Assembly (NCBI GenBank): GCA_041395605.1
Contig: JAWLAD010000009.1
Coordinates: 14,707-78,706 of the forward strand
DNA from: Steroidobacteraceae bacterium
GTDB lineage: Bacteria > Pseudomonadota > Gammaproteobacteria > Steroidobacterales > Steroidobacteraceae
DNA length: 64,000 nucleotides
Direction of reading: 5' to 3'
Shown piece by piece: positions 1 to 10,794 of this stretch. The notes beneath the pieces were generated by a model. The model searched no databases. It worked only from the letters and a program-made list of their open reading frames with translations, and was not told where the DNA came from. Each line of letters starts with the position of its first letter. Within the stretch, counting starts at the first letter, position 1. Position numbers and translations under genes: made by a program.

Positions 1-396
1 GTCCGTGACCGTGGCCGGATTGCCCTGACGCGCGAACAGTTCGGGGGCGATGGCGAGGTAGCCGCGCTTCGCAAAGCGGCGGCACACGTCCTTGATGTGC
101 TCATGGACGCCGAAGATTTCCTGGATCACGAGAATCACGGGGGCGTCGCGCAGCAGGCGTTTCGGTCGGGCGCGGTAGGCCGGCAATTCCCCGCCGTCCA
201 CCGGGATGCGCACCTCACCGGCTTCCAATCCCTCGGTGTCGGTCGTGATCGCCTGCGCGCCGACCGGGCCCGCCGCGGCGGCAAACCCGGCACCCAGCGA
301 TGTGACCAGGAAGCCACGGCGGTCGAGACCGGACAAAGGTCGCAGACTGCGCAGTTCGTCGGCGGCGGCACTCGTCTTGCGGGTCGGTTCCGTCAT
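1..396 (-). CDS. dienelactone hydrolase family protein, N-terminal part (gene runs off the window start)
   Basis: Reverse complement from ATG (396-394) reads [49 protein letters not shown] (twin-arginine-type signal). It continues with [39 protein letters not shown], typical of DLH-family hydrolases. The frame is open to position 1, so it is absent from the ORF track (no stop in window). Confidence 0.75.
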   Translation of the reverse strand, partial: MTEPTRKTSAAADELRSLRPLSGLDRRGFLVTSLGAGFAAAAGPVGAQAITTDTEGLEAGEVRIPVDGGELPAYRARPKRLLRDAPVILVIQEIFGVHEHIKDVCRRFAKRGYLAIAPELFARQGNPATVTD

Positions 397-408
397 ACAG
401 TCGGCTCC

Positions 409-1518
409 ATGCGTTTCCTGTTCTACCTGGCCATCATAGTCGCGATCGTATGGCTGGTGCGCCGCGTGCTGCGCGGTCGCAGCGCGCCCCCGCCGGTGGT
501 CGATGCCACGCCGGCGCCTGCCGCACTGCCCGCGCCCGCCACGAGCCAAGCCGCGTCCCGCATCCGCTTCGGGCCGCTCGCGGAAAGCAGCGACGGCGCC
601 CGCTCCGCGACGCAGAGCCGCAGCGCACTGCACTCGCTGCTGCTGGGCGTACCGGAGGTGGACCCTGAAGTACCGGTCGCCCATGCGCGCTTCATCAATG
701 ATGTACTGGCGGCACTGGAAGACGCCAGCAACGAACCGAAGTACATGCCGCGTCGGCCACTGCTGATACCCGAGCTGATGCGCCTGGTCGCGGACCCGGA
801 CGCGTCGCGACGGCAAATGTCGGCGCTGGTGGCCCGCGATCCGGCACTGGCCGCGGATGTGTTGCGCATGGCGAACAGCGCGCTCTATCGCAGTGGCCCG
901 GGCGCGGTCGAGAGCATCGACCGTGCGGTGGCCGTGCTCGGCACCGATGGCATGCGCTCCGCGATCGCAGCAGCGCTCTTGCAACCCGTGTTCCGTACGC
1001 CTGCCGGCGCTTTCGCGCGCTTTCCGGCGCTGATCTGGGACCACGCCTTCATCTCGGGCGTGGCGGCCGAGTCCTGTGCCGCACTGCTCGAGAACGAAGA
1101 CCCGTTCGCCGCGCAGCTGCTGGCGTTGCTGACCGGGCTCGGCCACATCGTCGTGTTCCGTGCCACGACGGAACATTACGCGGCCCAGACCGAACTCGCG
1201 CCGGACGCGTCTGCCGTCGCCAGGCTGCTCGACCTGCAGGGCGCGGCGATCGCCCGCCGGATCGCGGCGGAGTGGGATGTATCCGACCGTATGCTGATGG
1301 CGTTGTCCGACCAGCTTGCAGCGACGCGTGGCATGTCCGATCAGTTGTCGCCGCTGGGGCGGGCGGTGCTGCTGGGGGGCCGCATCGGCACGCTGGTCCT
1401 GCTGCACCGCGAGGGGCGGCTCGACGCGGAGGCGGCGCGCAGCGCGGCCGTCGTCCAGGGTGCACCGCGCGCCTTCATCGACCGGCTCTGGCCGCGACTG
1501 ACCCAGACCGTCGACTGA
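409..1518 (+). CDS. membrane-anchored HDOD domain protein
   Basis: This is the inner part of ORF 97-1518. ATG at 409 gives [21 protein letters not shown] (one TM helix). The C-terminal part has HDOD-like sequence ([47 protein letters not shown]). The first 104 codons of the tracked ORF overlap the divergent gene and look non-coding. Confidence 0.7.
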   Translation: MRFLFYLAIIVAIVWLVRRVLRGRSAPPPVVDATPAPAALPAPATSQAASRIRFGPLAESSDGARSATQSRSALHSLLLGVPEVDPEVPVAHARFINDVLAALEDASNEPKYMPRRPLLIPELMRLVADPDASRRQMSALVARDPALAADVLRMANSALYRSGPGAVESIDRAVAVLGTDGMRSAIAAALLQPVFRTPAGAFARFPALIWDHAFISGVAAESCAALLENEDPFAAQLLALLTGLGHIVVFRATTEHYAAQTELAPDASAVARLLDLQGAAIARRIAAEWDVSDRMLMALSDQLAATRGMSDQLSPLGRAVLLGGRIGTLVLLHREGRLDAEAARSAAVVQGAPRAFIDRLWPRLTQTVD

Positions 1519-1595
1519 TCCGTAGTTTCCGCGATGGCGGCGCCGCCACGCCGCCGGCAGGCTCGCACTGCGGCACCGAAGCCGCGGAGCCTGCC

Positions 1596-1982
1596 ATGAA
1601 TGACACCGTCACGACCCCCTACGAACTGCTGGGCGGCGCCACGCCGCTGCGAAGCCTGGTCGACCGCTTCTACGACGTCATGGACAGCGCACCGGAGGCC
1701 CGCGAGCTGCGCGCCATGCACGGCGCCGATCTCGGGCCGATGCGCGACAAGCTGTACGAGTTCATGAGCGGCTGGCTCGGCGGGCCGCCGCTGTACTCGC
1801 AGCGTACCGGTTCCGTCTGCATCACGCGCGCGCACGCACCGTTTCCGATCGACGCTGCCGCGCGCGATCAGTGGCTGTGGTGCATGCAGCGCGCGATGGA
1901 CGACGTCGCCGCTCCGGCCGCGATGCGCGAGATGGTCGCGAAGCCGCTCGAGCGGATGGCTGACTTCCTGCGCAATCGTTAG
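1596..1982 (+). CDS. group 2 truncated hemoglobin (YjbI/GlbO-like)
   Basis: Inner ATG of ORF 1272-1982. The sequence [43 protein letters not shown]...[28 protein letters not shown] matches the trHb group 2 pattern, and the 128-aa length fits. Confidence 0.75.
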   Translation: MNDTVTTPYELLGGATPLRSLVDRFYDVMDSAPEARELRAMHGADLGPMRDKLYEFMSGWLGGPPLYSQRTGSVCITRAHAPFPIDAAARDQWLWCMQRAMDDVAAPAAMREMVAKPLERMADFLRNR

Positions 1983-1994
1983 CGCGCTGCTGCG

Positions 1995-3395
1995 TCAGGG
2001 CGCGTCAGTCGACAACCGCGACAGGACGACGCGGCCGTCCTTCATGATCAGCCGCAGCGTCTCGTCCGGGCGCTCGAGCACGCGGATGTCCTCGAGCGGA
2101 TTGCCGTCGACGACCAGCAGGTCCGCCATCGCGCCGGGCTCGATCACGCCCAGCTTGCCGTAGGGGTTGCGCGGCCCGGACAGCGCCAGCAGTTCGCCAT
2201 TGATCGACGTCGCCTGACGCAGGATCTCGAGCGGCGTGAACCAGCGCAGCCGCGCACCGAACTCGCGCGATTCCCACGCGAACACGCGCGACGCGCCGAA
2301 CACATCGGTGCCGAACGCGACGCGCACGCCATGTTTCTTCGCGAGCTGCATCATCCGGTCGAGCCCGGTCGAGACCAGCGCCGACTTCTCGCGCTGCGCG
2401 AGCTGCGCCGGCGTCGGCGGCGGTCCGGCCGCGCCGGGCGGCGGCGCGAACACGCCGCTGAACACGTAGGCTTGCGGCGACAGGAACACGCCGCGCTCGG
2501 CGATCAGTCTCATCGTCGGTTCGTCGATCAGGTGCGCATGCTCGATGCTGCGGACGCCCGCCTCGACGGAACGGCGGATCGCGGTCGGCGTATAGGCATG
2601 CACCGCGACATAGGTGCCCCAGTCCGCCGCAGCCTGCACGGCCGCGCGCAGCTCGCTGTCGAAGTACTGCACGCTGTCGATCGGATCGTAGTTCGACGAG
2701 ATGCCGCCACCCGCGGCAAGCTTGATCTGCGTCGCGCCCTGGCGCAGCTGCTCGCGCACCGCGGCGGCGACTTCATCGGCGCCATCGGCGATCAGGCCGT
2801 AGCCCAGCCGCTCGAGCGCGTCCTGCTCGCCGCTCCAGCGGCGCGGCAGCGCGGTGCGCGTCCGGAAGTCGCCATGGCCGCTGGTCTGGCTGATGATCGC
2901 GCCGGACGGGAAGATCCGCGGCCCTTCGATGACGCCCTCGTCGATCGCCTGGCGCAAGCCGAAGGCCGGCCCGCCCATGTCGCGGATGGTCGTGAAGCCG
3001 CGCAGCAGCATCTGGCGCGCCTCGGCCGTCGCGCGCGCGCCGACATAGTTGGGGTCGTTGTCGCGCAGCGCCGCGATCGACACGGCGATGGTCGGATGCA
3101 CATGCGCATCGATCAGGCCGGGCATCAGGACGCGCCCGCCTGCGTCTATGATCCGCGCGCCCGTCGGGAGGGCGCCGTCCTCGCCCGGGCCGTGCACGGC
3201 CGTGATCCTGTTGCCGCGCACGTGGACCTGTGCGCCGTCGCGCAGGTTGGCGCTGCGGCCATCGAAAACCCGCGCATTACGGATGATAATGTCAGCCTGT
3301 TCCGCAGCGACGGCCGGCGACACCAGCGCTGCCAGCCCGGCCGGCACCAGCGCCACCGCCGCCAGGACTCGAATCTTCCGGAGGATGCTTGCCAC
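1995..3395 (-). CDS. secreted amidohydrolase family protein (metal-dependent hydrolase)
   Basis: Tail of ORF 1995-3818. GTG at 3395 gives VASILRKIRVLAAVALVPAGLAALVSPAVAAEQ (signal peptide). It has the HxH metal motif (LIDAHVHPT) and amidohydrolase-like sequence to the C-terminus. The upstream 141 codons are Arg/Pro-rich shadow frame. Confidence 0.75.
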   Translation of the reverse strand: MASILRKIRVLAAVALVPAGLAALVSPAVAAEQADIIIRNARVFDGRSANLRDGAQVHVRGNRITAVHGPGEDGALPTGARIIDAGGRVLMPGLIDAHVHPTIAVSIAALRDNDPNYVGARATAEARQMLLRGFTTIRDMGGPAFGLRQAIDEGVIEGPRIFPSGAIISQTSGHGDFRTRTALPRRWSGEQDALERLGYGLIADGADEVAAAVREQLRQGATQIKLAAGGGISSNYDPIDSVQYFDSELRAAVQAAADWGTYVAVHAYTPTAIRRSVEAGVRSIEHAHLIDEPTMRLIAERGVFLSPQAYVFSGVFAPPPGAAGPPPTPAQLAQREKSALVSTGLDRMMQLAKKHGVRVAFGTDVFGASRVFAWESREFGARLRWFTPLEILRQATSINGELLALSGPRNPYGKLGVIEPGAMADLLVVDGNPLEDIRVLERPDETLRLIMKDGRVVLSRLSTDAP

Positions 3396-4621
3396 GCGCC
3401 CCGCTCCCGCTTGTCTGCCTGATCGGTCTCGCCACGCTAGCACAGGCCGCGCGTGCACTCGATGCCGTAGCCGTTCGCACGCAGGACCTCGCGGGTATCG
3501 CACGCACCACGCTGGGCGCCGACCAGGGCGTCTATGTCGAAGCCGCCGACGGCAGCGTACTGCTCGAGCAGGTCGCGGCCCGGGCGGTCCATCCGGCGTC
3601 GATATCGAAGATCCCGACGACCCTGGCACTGCTGCGCCGCCTCGGGCCCGAGCACCGCTTCGTGACGACCTTCGCGACCACGGGCGCCATCCGCGACGGC
3701 GCCCTGCACGGTGACATCGTCGTCCAAGCCGGTGGCGATCCTTTTTTCGTCGACGAAAATGCGCTACTGGTGCTGCTGCGGCTGCGCGAACTCGGCATCG
3801 AGCGGGTCGACGGCGCATTGCGCGTGCGCGGCCCGCTGACTTTCAACTGGCGACCGGTCGAACCGGAAACACGCCTGCGTCAAGCGCTTTCGGGCAAGGT
3901 GTCGAGCGCGGCATGGAACGCCGTGCGCGGACACGCAGGCGGTGGCACGCTGGCCAGCGCACCGGCCGCACCGGCCTTGCGCTGGGGCAGTATCGGTGCA
4001 GGCGCTGGCGGTCCGGCGAACGCATCGCCGCGCGTACTGGCCGTGCATCGATCGCAGCCGCTGCTGCCGATGGTCAAGGCGCTGAACGACTACTCGAACA
4101 ATGTCTTTCGGCCGTTCGCCGACGCCGCGGGTGGCATCGCCGCGGTCGAGCGCCTGGCGCGCGAGCTCGTGCCGCCCGACCAACGCGCCGAAATCGTACT
4201 CGGCGATGGCGCCGGCGTGAATCCGCGCAACCGCCTGAGCCCGCGCGTGACCGTCCGGCTGATCCGTGCCCTGGAGGCAGATCTCGCGCAGGTGGGACGC
4301 GCATTGCCAGACGTACTGCCCGTTGCCGGCATCGACGACGGTACCTTGCGCGCACGCTTCGCGGGACCGGGCGAAGCAGGGCACGTCGTCGGCAAGACCG
4401 GCACCTACGGCGACTACGGGGCGAGCGCGCTGGCCGGCGCGATCCGCAGCCCGCGCTACGGGACCGTGTACTTCGCGATCCTGAACCGCGGCATCCCCAT
4501 CGTGCCGGCTCGCCGCCGCCAGGACGCTTTCCTGCGCGAACTGATGCGCACGCTGGGCAGCGAACCGTGGCCATACCGGCGCGACCAGGCCCCGGCGTTC
4601 ACCCGCGCGCGGGTCGAATGA
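3389..4621 (+). CDS. D-alanyl-D-alanine carboxypeptidase/endopeptidase (PBP4, peptidase S13 family)
   Basis: It has a signal peptide (LPLVCLIGLATLAQAARA) and all three penicillin-binding motifs: SxxK (SISK), SxN (YSNN) and KTG (GKTGTYG). The start is TTG at 3389 per the ORF track and is uncertain, because it overlaps the divergent gene start by 7 nt. Confidence 0.75.
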   Translation: MPRAPLPLVCLIGLATLAQAARALDAVAVRTQDLAGIARTTLGADQGVYVEAADGSVLLEQVAARAVHPASISKIPTTLALLRRLGPEHRFVTTFATTGAIRDGALHGDIVVQAGGDPFFVDENALLVLLRLRELGIERVDGALRVRGPLTFNWRPVEPETRLRQALSGKVSSAAWNAVRGHAGGGTLASAPAAPALRWGSIGAGAGGPANASPRVLAVHRSQPLLPMVKALNDYSNNVFRPFADAAGGIAAVERLARELVPPDQRAEIVLGDGAGVNPRNRLSPRVTVRLIRALEADLAQVGRALPDVLPVAGIDDGTLRARFAGPGEAGHVVGKTGTYGDYGASALAGAIRSPRYGTVYFAILNRGIPIVPARRRQDAFLRELMRTLGSEPWPYRRDQAPAFTRARVE

Positions 4622-4642
4622 ACGCCGGGACACCCGCGCGCA

Positions 4643-5542
4643 TCAGCGCTGTTCGCGCGCGCGTTTCGCGTCGATCGCCTTCTTGGTGATCGTCCAGGTC
4701 GTCTCGTTCGGACGGGCGTCGTCGAGTGGCGGCGGCGCAAGGTAGGTCGGGTAGCGCGTCTCCAGGATCTGGCGCAGCTTCGGCGGGATCTTCTTCTCGT
4801 CGAAGGTCGAGAAACCCGTCGCGTTGAACACCATCAGGCCCGGACGGTCGCGCATTTTCATCCACGGCAGCCAGGCGGAGATGCGCTGCCACGAAATCCG
4901 CGAATCGCCGATGCGCCGGCGCTTCGATTCGAGGAAGTCGGCGGTCCGGTAGTAGGTGTTGAAGATCTCCATCGCATGGTACTGCCCGCCGACGTAGTCC
5001 TGGTAGTCGCCCGTCAGCGGATTCTGGTAGAACAGCGGCACCTCGCTCGAAGCGACCAGCGTGTCATCGTAGCGCCGGAACGCCGCGCGATGCGGCGTGC
5101 CGTCGGCCCGCGTCGCAAAGGTCGGCGCGCGCATGTTGACCGGGTCGTTCGCCACGTGGATCACATCGACCGTTTCCCCCGTCCACGGGTTCTTCCACTG
5201 GTCGATGATCTCGCCGGTGGCTGGATCGAGATAGACCATGATCTCGCGCGAGACGCTGCGGAAACCGCTGCCACGTTGCGGGTCGGTGACCCGGGCACAC
5301 TGGCGCGTGTTGATGCCGATCACCGCGAAGATCAACCGGTCGCGCTCGGCGGGGACGCGACTGTACAGACGTCCTTCCCACATGCCGTAACGCGTCACGC
5401 CCTGCTCGGTCGTGCCGCAAGTCGCCTTGGCGCTCCATTCAACGGCGGCTTCGCCCTCGCGCACTTCCTCGCCGGCCAGCAGCTGCGCGCGCGCGGCGGG
5501 CAAGGCCAGGGTCGCGGCGGTGGCGAGGCCGGCGTACAGCAC
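4643..5542 (-). CDS. DUF1838-like secreted protein (5' end disturbed; the likely true start ATG at 5574 is in another frame)
   Basis: Tail of ORF 4643-5863. The coding-looking sequence runs from ATSAVLYAGLATAATLALPAARAQ (signal peptide) to the end. GTG at 5542 is the first in-frame start. An ATG at 5574-5572 with a good RBS (AGGGGGAGGAG) overlaps the upstream stop (TAATG) but sits in another frame; see findings. Confidence 0.6.
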   Translation of the reverse strand: MLYAGLATAATLALPAARAQLLAGEEVREGEAAVEWSAKATCGTTEQGVTRYGMWEGRLYSRVPAERDRLIFAVIGINTRQCARVTDPQRGSGFRSVSREIMVYLDPATGEIIDQWKNPWTGETVDVIHVANDPVNMRAPTFATRADGTPHRAAFRRYDDTLVASSEVPLFYQNPLTGDYQDYVGGQYHAMEIFNTYYRTADFLESKRRRIGDSRISWQRISAWLPWMKMRDRPGLMVFNATGFSTFDEKKIPPKLRQILETRYPTYLAPPPLDDARPNETTWTITKKAIDAKRAREQR

Positions 5543-5573
5543 GGCCGATGTGGCCCATGTCGTGTCTTGTTCA

Positions 5574-6050
5574 TTACCGAAGCTCCTCCCCCTGTTGATC
5601 GACGGTGACCTGGCGCGCGACGCCCTCGTAGAGCGCGCGCATGTACACAATCGGCGCGAGCGGTGCCTCGACCCAGGCGCGGATGCGCCAGCCGGCGGTC
5701 GTCTGCTCGCAGATCGCGATCGCACGCAGCGTGCCGGCCACAGGGGCCGTGCTGCCGACGCGCGCGAGCCAGGTGAGGTCGAAGCCGACCAGCTGCTGCG
5801 TCGCTGACAATGGCACGGTGCCGCGGGGTTCGAAGCGTGCCCGCAGGTGCGCGAGCGATTCACTGGTGATGCGCCAGTAGCGCTCGATCTGCTCCCACGA
5901 GGTCATGACCTCGCCGTGTTCCTCGGCGATATAGAACGGCGTTTCGAGGTCCGGCAGCCACAGCGCGCGGACGGCCGGGAAATCCTTGTTTCCATAGTGG
6001 CACCCAAGCGCATCGAACAACGCGGCCAGCTCTGCGGACACGGGACTCAT
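5574..6050 (-). CDS. SnoaL-like / NTF2-fold protein
   Basis: ORF of 158 aa with strong GC3 coding bias. The size and sequence (FYIAEEHGEVMTSWEQIERYW...TTAGWRIRAWVE) fit the NTF2/SnoaL fold. Its ATGA overlaps the upstream gene, and its TAA overlaps the ATG of the downstream gene. Confidence 0.55.
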   Translation of the reverse strand: MSPVSAELAALFDALGCHYGNKDFPAVRALWLPDLETPFYIAEEHGEVMTSWEQIERYWRITSESLAHLRARFEPRGTVPLSATQQLVGFDLTWLARVGSTAPVAGTLRAIAICEQTTAGWRIRAWVEAPLAPIVYMRALYEGVARQVTVDQQGEELR

Positions 6051-7009
6051 GCGCGCCCCGCTGCCGCGAGTGGCTGGTGGAACTGCAGGCGCTCGCGGTC
6101 CGGACCCGCCGCTTCGAGCGCGCGCACCCGCCCGACGCCGGGCAGATCGATCTCGACCGTCGCACCGACCTCCAGCGCGCCGAGTCGGCGCAACTGCGCC
6201 GCCGTCGCGTCGAGGTCGGGCGACTCGAACGCGATCGCGAGGATGCCGAGGCGCGGTGGCTTCGCGGCCGCGCCGACCGGCTCGCCCGGCAGGCCGACGT
6301 ACTGCACGATCTCGATGCGACCCACGGGCGAGCGTTCCGGCATGTACAGGTTGATGTTGTGCAACGCGACGTGGTCGGGCAGATGGAAGAAGCTCGACAG
6401 GTCCGTGATCATCCGGTCATAGAACTGCGAGTAACCCAGGCCCATGTAGAAATCGCGCGAGCGTTTTGCGTCGGACGTGTGGATCGCGACGGTCTCGACT
6501 TCCGTCGCGGGTCCGTCGATCGGATGGAACACGTCGGGGCGCCCGTTGACCGTGTAGACGTCGATCAGCGTGCCGTCCGGATCCCAGCTTAGTGAATCCC
6601 AGGCCTCGAGACCAGGCTCGACTTCCCAGCGCGTCGGGCGCGACTTGCTGCGCGCGCCCGCGGCCTGCATCGCGTCATAGCTGGCGCGGATGTCGGGCAC
6701 GCGGATGTTGACGGCATAGTGACCGTAGTCGAAATACCGCTCGTATCCGCCCCACGCATGGTCGCCACTGGGCGTGCACTCGAGCAAGCGCAGCATGCCG
6801 CGGGACAGCGGCTTGCCATCCCGCCAGCGCGCGAGCAATGCGCTGCGCGCGGCGACACCCTCGGGCACGCCCCACCACCGGGCACAGTCGGCCGACACCG
6901 GCGCTGCTTCGACCGGTTGGTAGCCGAAGTTGGTTTCGTAAAAGCGGCCCGTTTTCGCGAGGTCGCGCACACCCAGCGTGACGCTGTGGATTTCGGAGCA
7001 ATATTTCAT
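6047..7009 (-). CDS. two-domain VOC (glyoxalase / extradiol dioxygenase) family protein
   Basis: ORF of 320 aa. It has two repeated VOC-type modules (HSVTLGVRDLAKTGRFYETNFGY... and VAIHTSDAKRSRDFYMGLGY...). It is the first gene of a three-gene, translationally coupled string on the minus strand. Confidence 0.65.
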   Translation of the reverse strand: MKYCSEIHSVTLGVRDLAKTGRFYETNFGYQPVEAAPVSADCARWWGVPEGVAARSALLARWRDGKPLSRGMLRLLECTPSGDHAWGGYERYFDYGHYAVNIRVPDIRASYDAMQAAGARSKSRPTRWEVEPGLEAWDSLSWDPDGTLIDVYTVNGRPDVFHPIDGPATEVETVAIHTSDAKRSRDFYMGLGYSQFYDRMITDLSSFFHLPDHVALHNINLYMPERSPVGRIEIVQYVGLPGEPVGAAAKPPRLGILAIAFESPDLDATAAQLRRLGALEVGATVEIDLPGVGRVRALEAAGPDRERLQFHQPLAAAGRA

Positions 7010-7043
7010 GCGAAACTTCCCCCTCGAGCAGGAGGATAGCGCA

Positions 7044-9158
7044 ATGAGTCTCGTCGACTACTCGGTATCCGGGGGGGTCGCCATCCTGAAGATGGTCAAT
7101 CCGCCCGTGAACAGCCTCGGACGCCAGCTGTGCATCGACCTGGTCGATGCGCTCGATCGCGCCGCAGCCGACGCCGCCGTGCAGGCCATCGTGATCCACG
7201 GCGGCGACAGCTTCTCGGCCGGCGCCGATATCCGCGAGTTCAGCAATCCCGATGCCGCGACGGCCGGCACGCTGCGCACGGCGATCGCGGCGCTGGACGC
7301 CTCGCCCAAGCCGGTCTGCGCCGCGATCAGCGGCGTCGCGCTCGGCGGTGGCCTCGAGTTGGCGATGGGGTGCCACTATCGGGTTGCGCTCGCGGGCGCG
7401 AAGCTCGGCCTGCCCGAGATCAAGCTCGGTCTGCTGCCCGGCGCGGGCGGCACGCAGCGCCTGCCGCGCCTGATCGGCGTCGAGAACGCGCTGAATGTCA
7501 TCCTCGGCGGAGAGCCGCTACCGGTCAAACTGTTCGCCGGCTCGCCGCTGCTCGATGGTGTCGTTGAGTCGGATGTCGTCGCTGCTGCGAGCACGCTCGT
7601 GCGCGCGAAGTCGAACGACGCGGCGCTGCGCGCAAAGGGCTGGCCACGCGCCCGCGACCGAACGGTCGCCGAACCCGCCTCGAGGCGCTGCTGCAATTCG
7701 CCCGCAACACGGCGCGTGCGGCCTTCGCGCCCTATCCGGCACCGCTGAAGTGCATCGATGCGGTCGCCGCGGCCGCGACCCTGGACTTCGACGCCGGCAT
7801 GGAGCGCGAATACGAGCTGTTCATGGACCTGTTCCACACGCCCGTGTCGCTGGCACTGCGCCACGCGTTCTTCGCCGAGCGCGCGGCCGCCAAGATCGCC
7901 GACCTGCCCGACGGCACCCGCACGCGCGACATCCGGCGCGCCGCGGTGATCGGTTCTGGCACGATGGGCACGGGCATCGCGATCTGCTTCATCAACGCCG
8001 GCATTCCGGTCGCCCTGCTCGACCTGAAGGCCGACGCGCTCGAACGCGGCGTCGCGAAGATCCGCGAGACCTTCGAAGGCCAGGCCAGGAAGGGCCGCAT
8101 CAAGCCCGAACAGGTCGCGCAGAAGATGCTGCTGCTGACGCCCGTCACCGACTATGCCGCCATTGCCGACGTCGACATCGCGATTGAAGCCGTGTTCGAG
8201 GACATGGGCGTCAAGGAAAAGGTGTTCCAGACGCTGGACTCGACCCTGAAGCCCGGCGCGATCCTCGCCACCAACACGTCGACGCTCGACGTCGACCACA
8301 TCGCCGCCGTCACGAAGCGCCCGGCGGATGTCATCGGCACGCACTTCTTCAGCCCCGCCAACATCATGAAGCTGCTCGAAGTCGTGCGCGGCAAGGCAAC
8401 GTCGCACGAAGTGCTCGCGACGACCATGAAGCTCGCGAAGACCCTGAAGAAGACCGGCGTCGTCTCGGGCGTCTGCGACGGCTTCATCGGCAACAGGATG
8501 ATAGAACAGTATTCGCGGCAAGCCTTCCTGCTGCTCGACGAAGGCGCGAGCCCCGACAGGTCGACCAGGCGATCGAGGCTTTCGGTTTCGCGATGGGACC
8601 GTTCCGCATGAGCGATCTCGCTGGCAACGACATCGGCATGCACATCCGCCAGCGCCGCTACGCCGAGCAGCCGCAGATGTTCTACTCGAAGATCGGCGAC
8701 CGGCTCTGCGAGCTCGGCCGTTACGGCCAGAAGACCGGCGCGGGCTGGTACGACTACCGCCCCGGCGATCGCAACGCGCATCCCTCGGCCCCCGTCGACG
8801 ACATGATCGCGAAGCACCGCAAGGAGATCGGCCTCGCGCCGCGCGCGATCCCGAACGCCGAAATCATCGACCGTCTCGTGCTGTCACTCGTCAACGAGGG
8901 CGCGCAGATCCTCGCCGAGGGCATCGCGCAGCGCTCGTCCGACATCGACATGGTCTACCTGACCGGCTACGGCTTCCCCGTCTGGCGCGGCGGACCCATG
9001 TTCTGGGCCGACCAGTGCGGCCTGTATGACGTGATGCAGCGGATGCGGCGGCTTGGCCGCAACCCGCACGGCGACCCCGGCTTCTGGACGCCGGCGCCGT
9101 TGCTCGAGAAGCTCGCGATGTCCGGCGGGCGCTTCAGCACCTGGAAGGGAGACAAGTC

Positions 9159-9162
<4 letters not shown>
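7044..9162 (+). pseudogene. fused enoyl-CoA hydratase / 3-hydroxyacyl-CoA dehydrogenase (FadB/FadJ-like), split over three frames as sequenced
   Basis: ORFs 6978-7748, 7799-8611 and 8593-9162 are consecutive pieces of one protein. The crotonase domain reads MSLVDYSVSGGVAILKMVNPPVNSLG...[13 protein letters not shown]. The NAD-binding HCDH domain reads [24 protein letters not shown]. The C-terminal HCDH domain reads [14 protein letters not shown]. The frame changes near 7660-7685 and 8551-8557. Confidence 0.85.
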
Positions 9163-10340
<1,178 letters not shown>

Positions 10341-10346
10341 GGCAGC

Positions 10347-10661
10347 GTGATGGCGGCCCCCGACGGCTTTGCGCGCGGCCATTTCGCGGCCCGCGTGATC
10401 GCGGTGGCGTTGTTCGTCGCGCCGCTGTTGCTGTGGTGGTCCGCGAAGGATCCGGGCACGCTGCAGGCGCAGCGACAGGTCACCGGCACGGTGGTCTCGC
10501 AGAACGACAAGATCGCGCGCGTGACGCTGCGGGACGGCCGGGAAGTGCAGGTGTTCGTCGGGCGCCGCAAGCTTTCTGCCGGGGACGAGATTGCGCTTCG
10601 CGGCGAGTTCTATTCGGATGGCAGCGAGCGCTACTGGCCGATCCGTGACGCGGGCCCGTGA
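10347..10661 (+). CDS. small membrane-anchored hypothetical protein
   Basis: ORF of 104 aa with good GC3 bias. It has one TM helix (VIAVALFVAPLLLWW) followed by a small soluble domain. It starts 6 nt after the thiolase stop. I recognise no family. Confidence 0.5.
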   Translation: MMAAPDGFARGHFAARVIAVALFVAPLLLWWSAKDPGTLQAQRQVTGTVVSQNDKIARVTLRDGREVQVFVGRRKLSAGDEIALRGEFYSDGSERYWPIRDAGP

Positions 10662-10794
10662 CGCAGGTCTCAAATCCCGGCGCGAACCGACTGGTGGTCG
10701 TGATTTTGTTGAACGCGCGCACGGGCGCGGCAACGCGGCGCCTCTAAGGTTCTCCCCGAGTGCCGCGACTCCGCGGCGAACCTGATGAGGCAAC

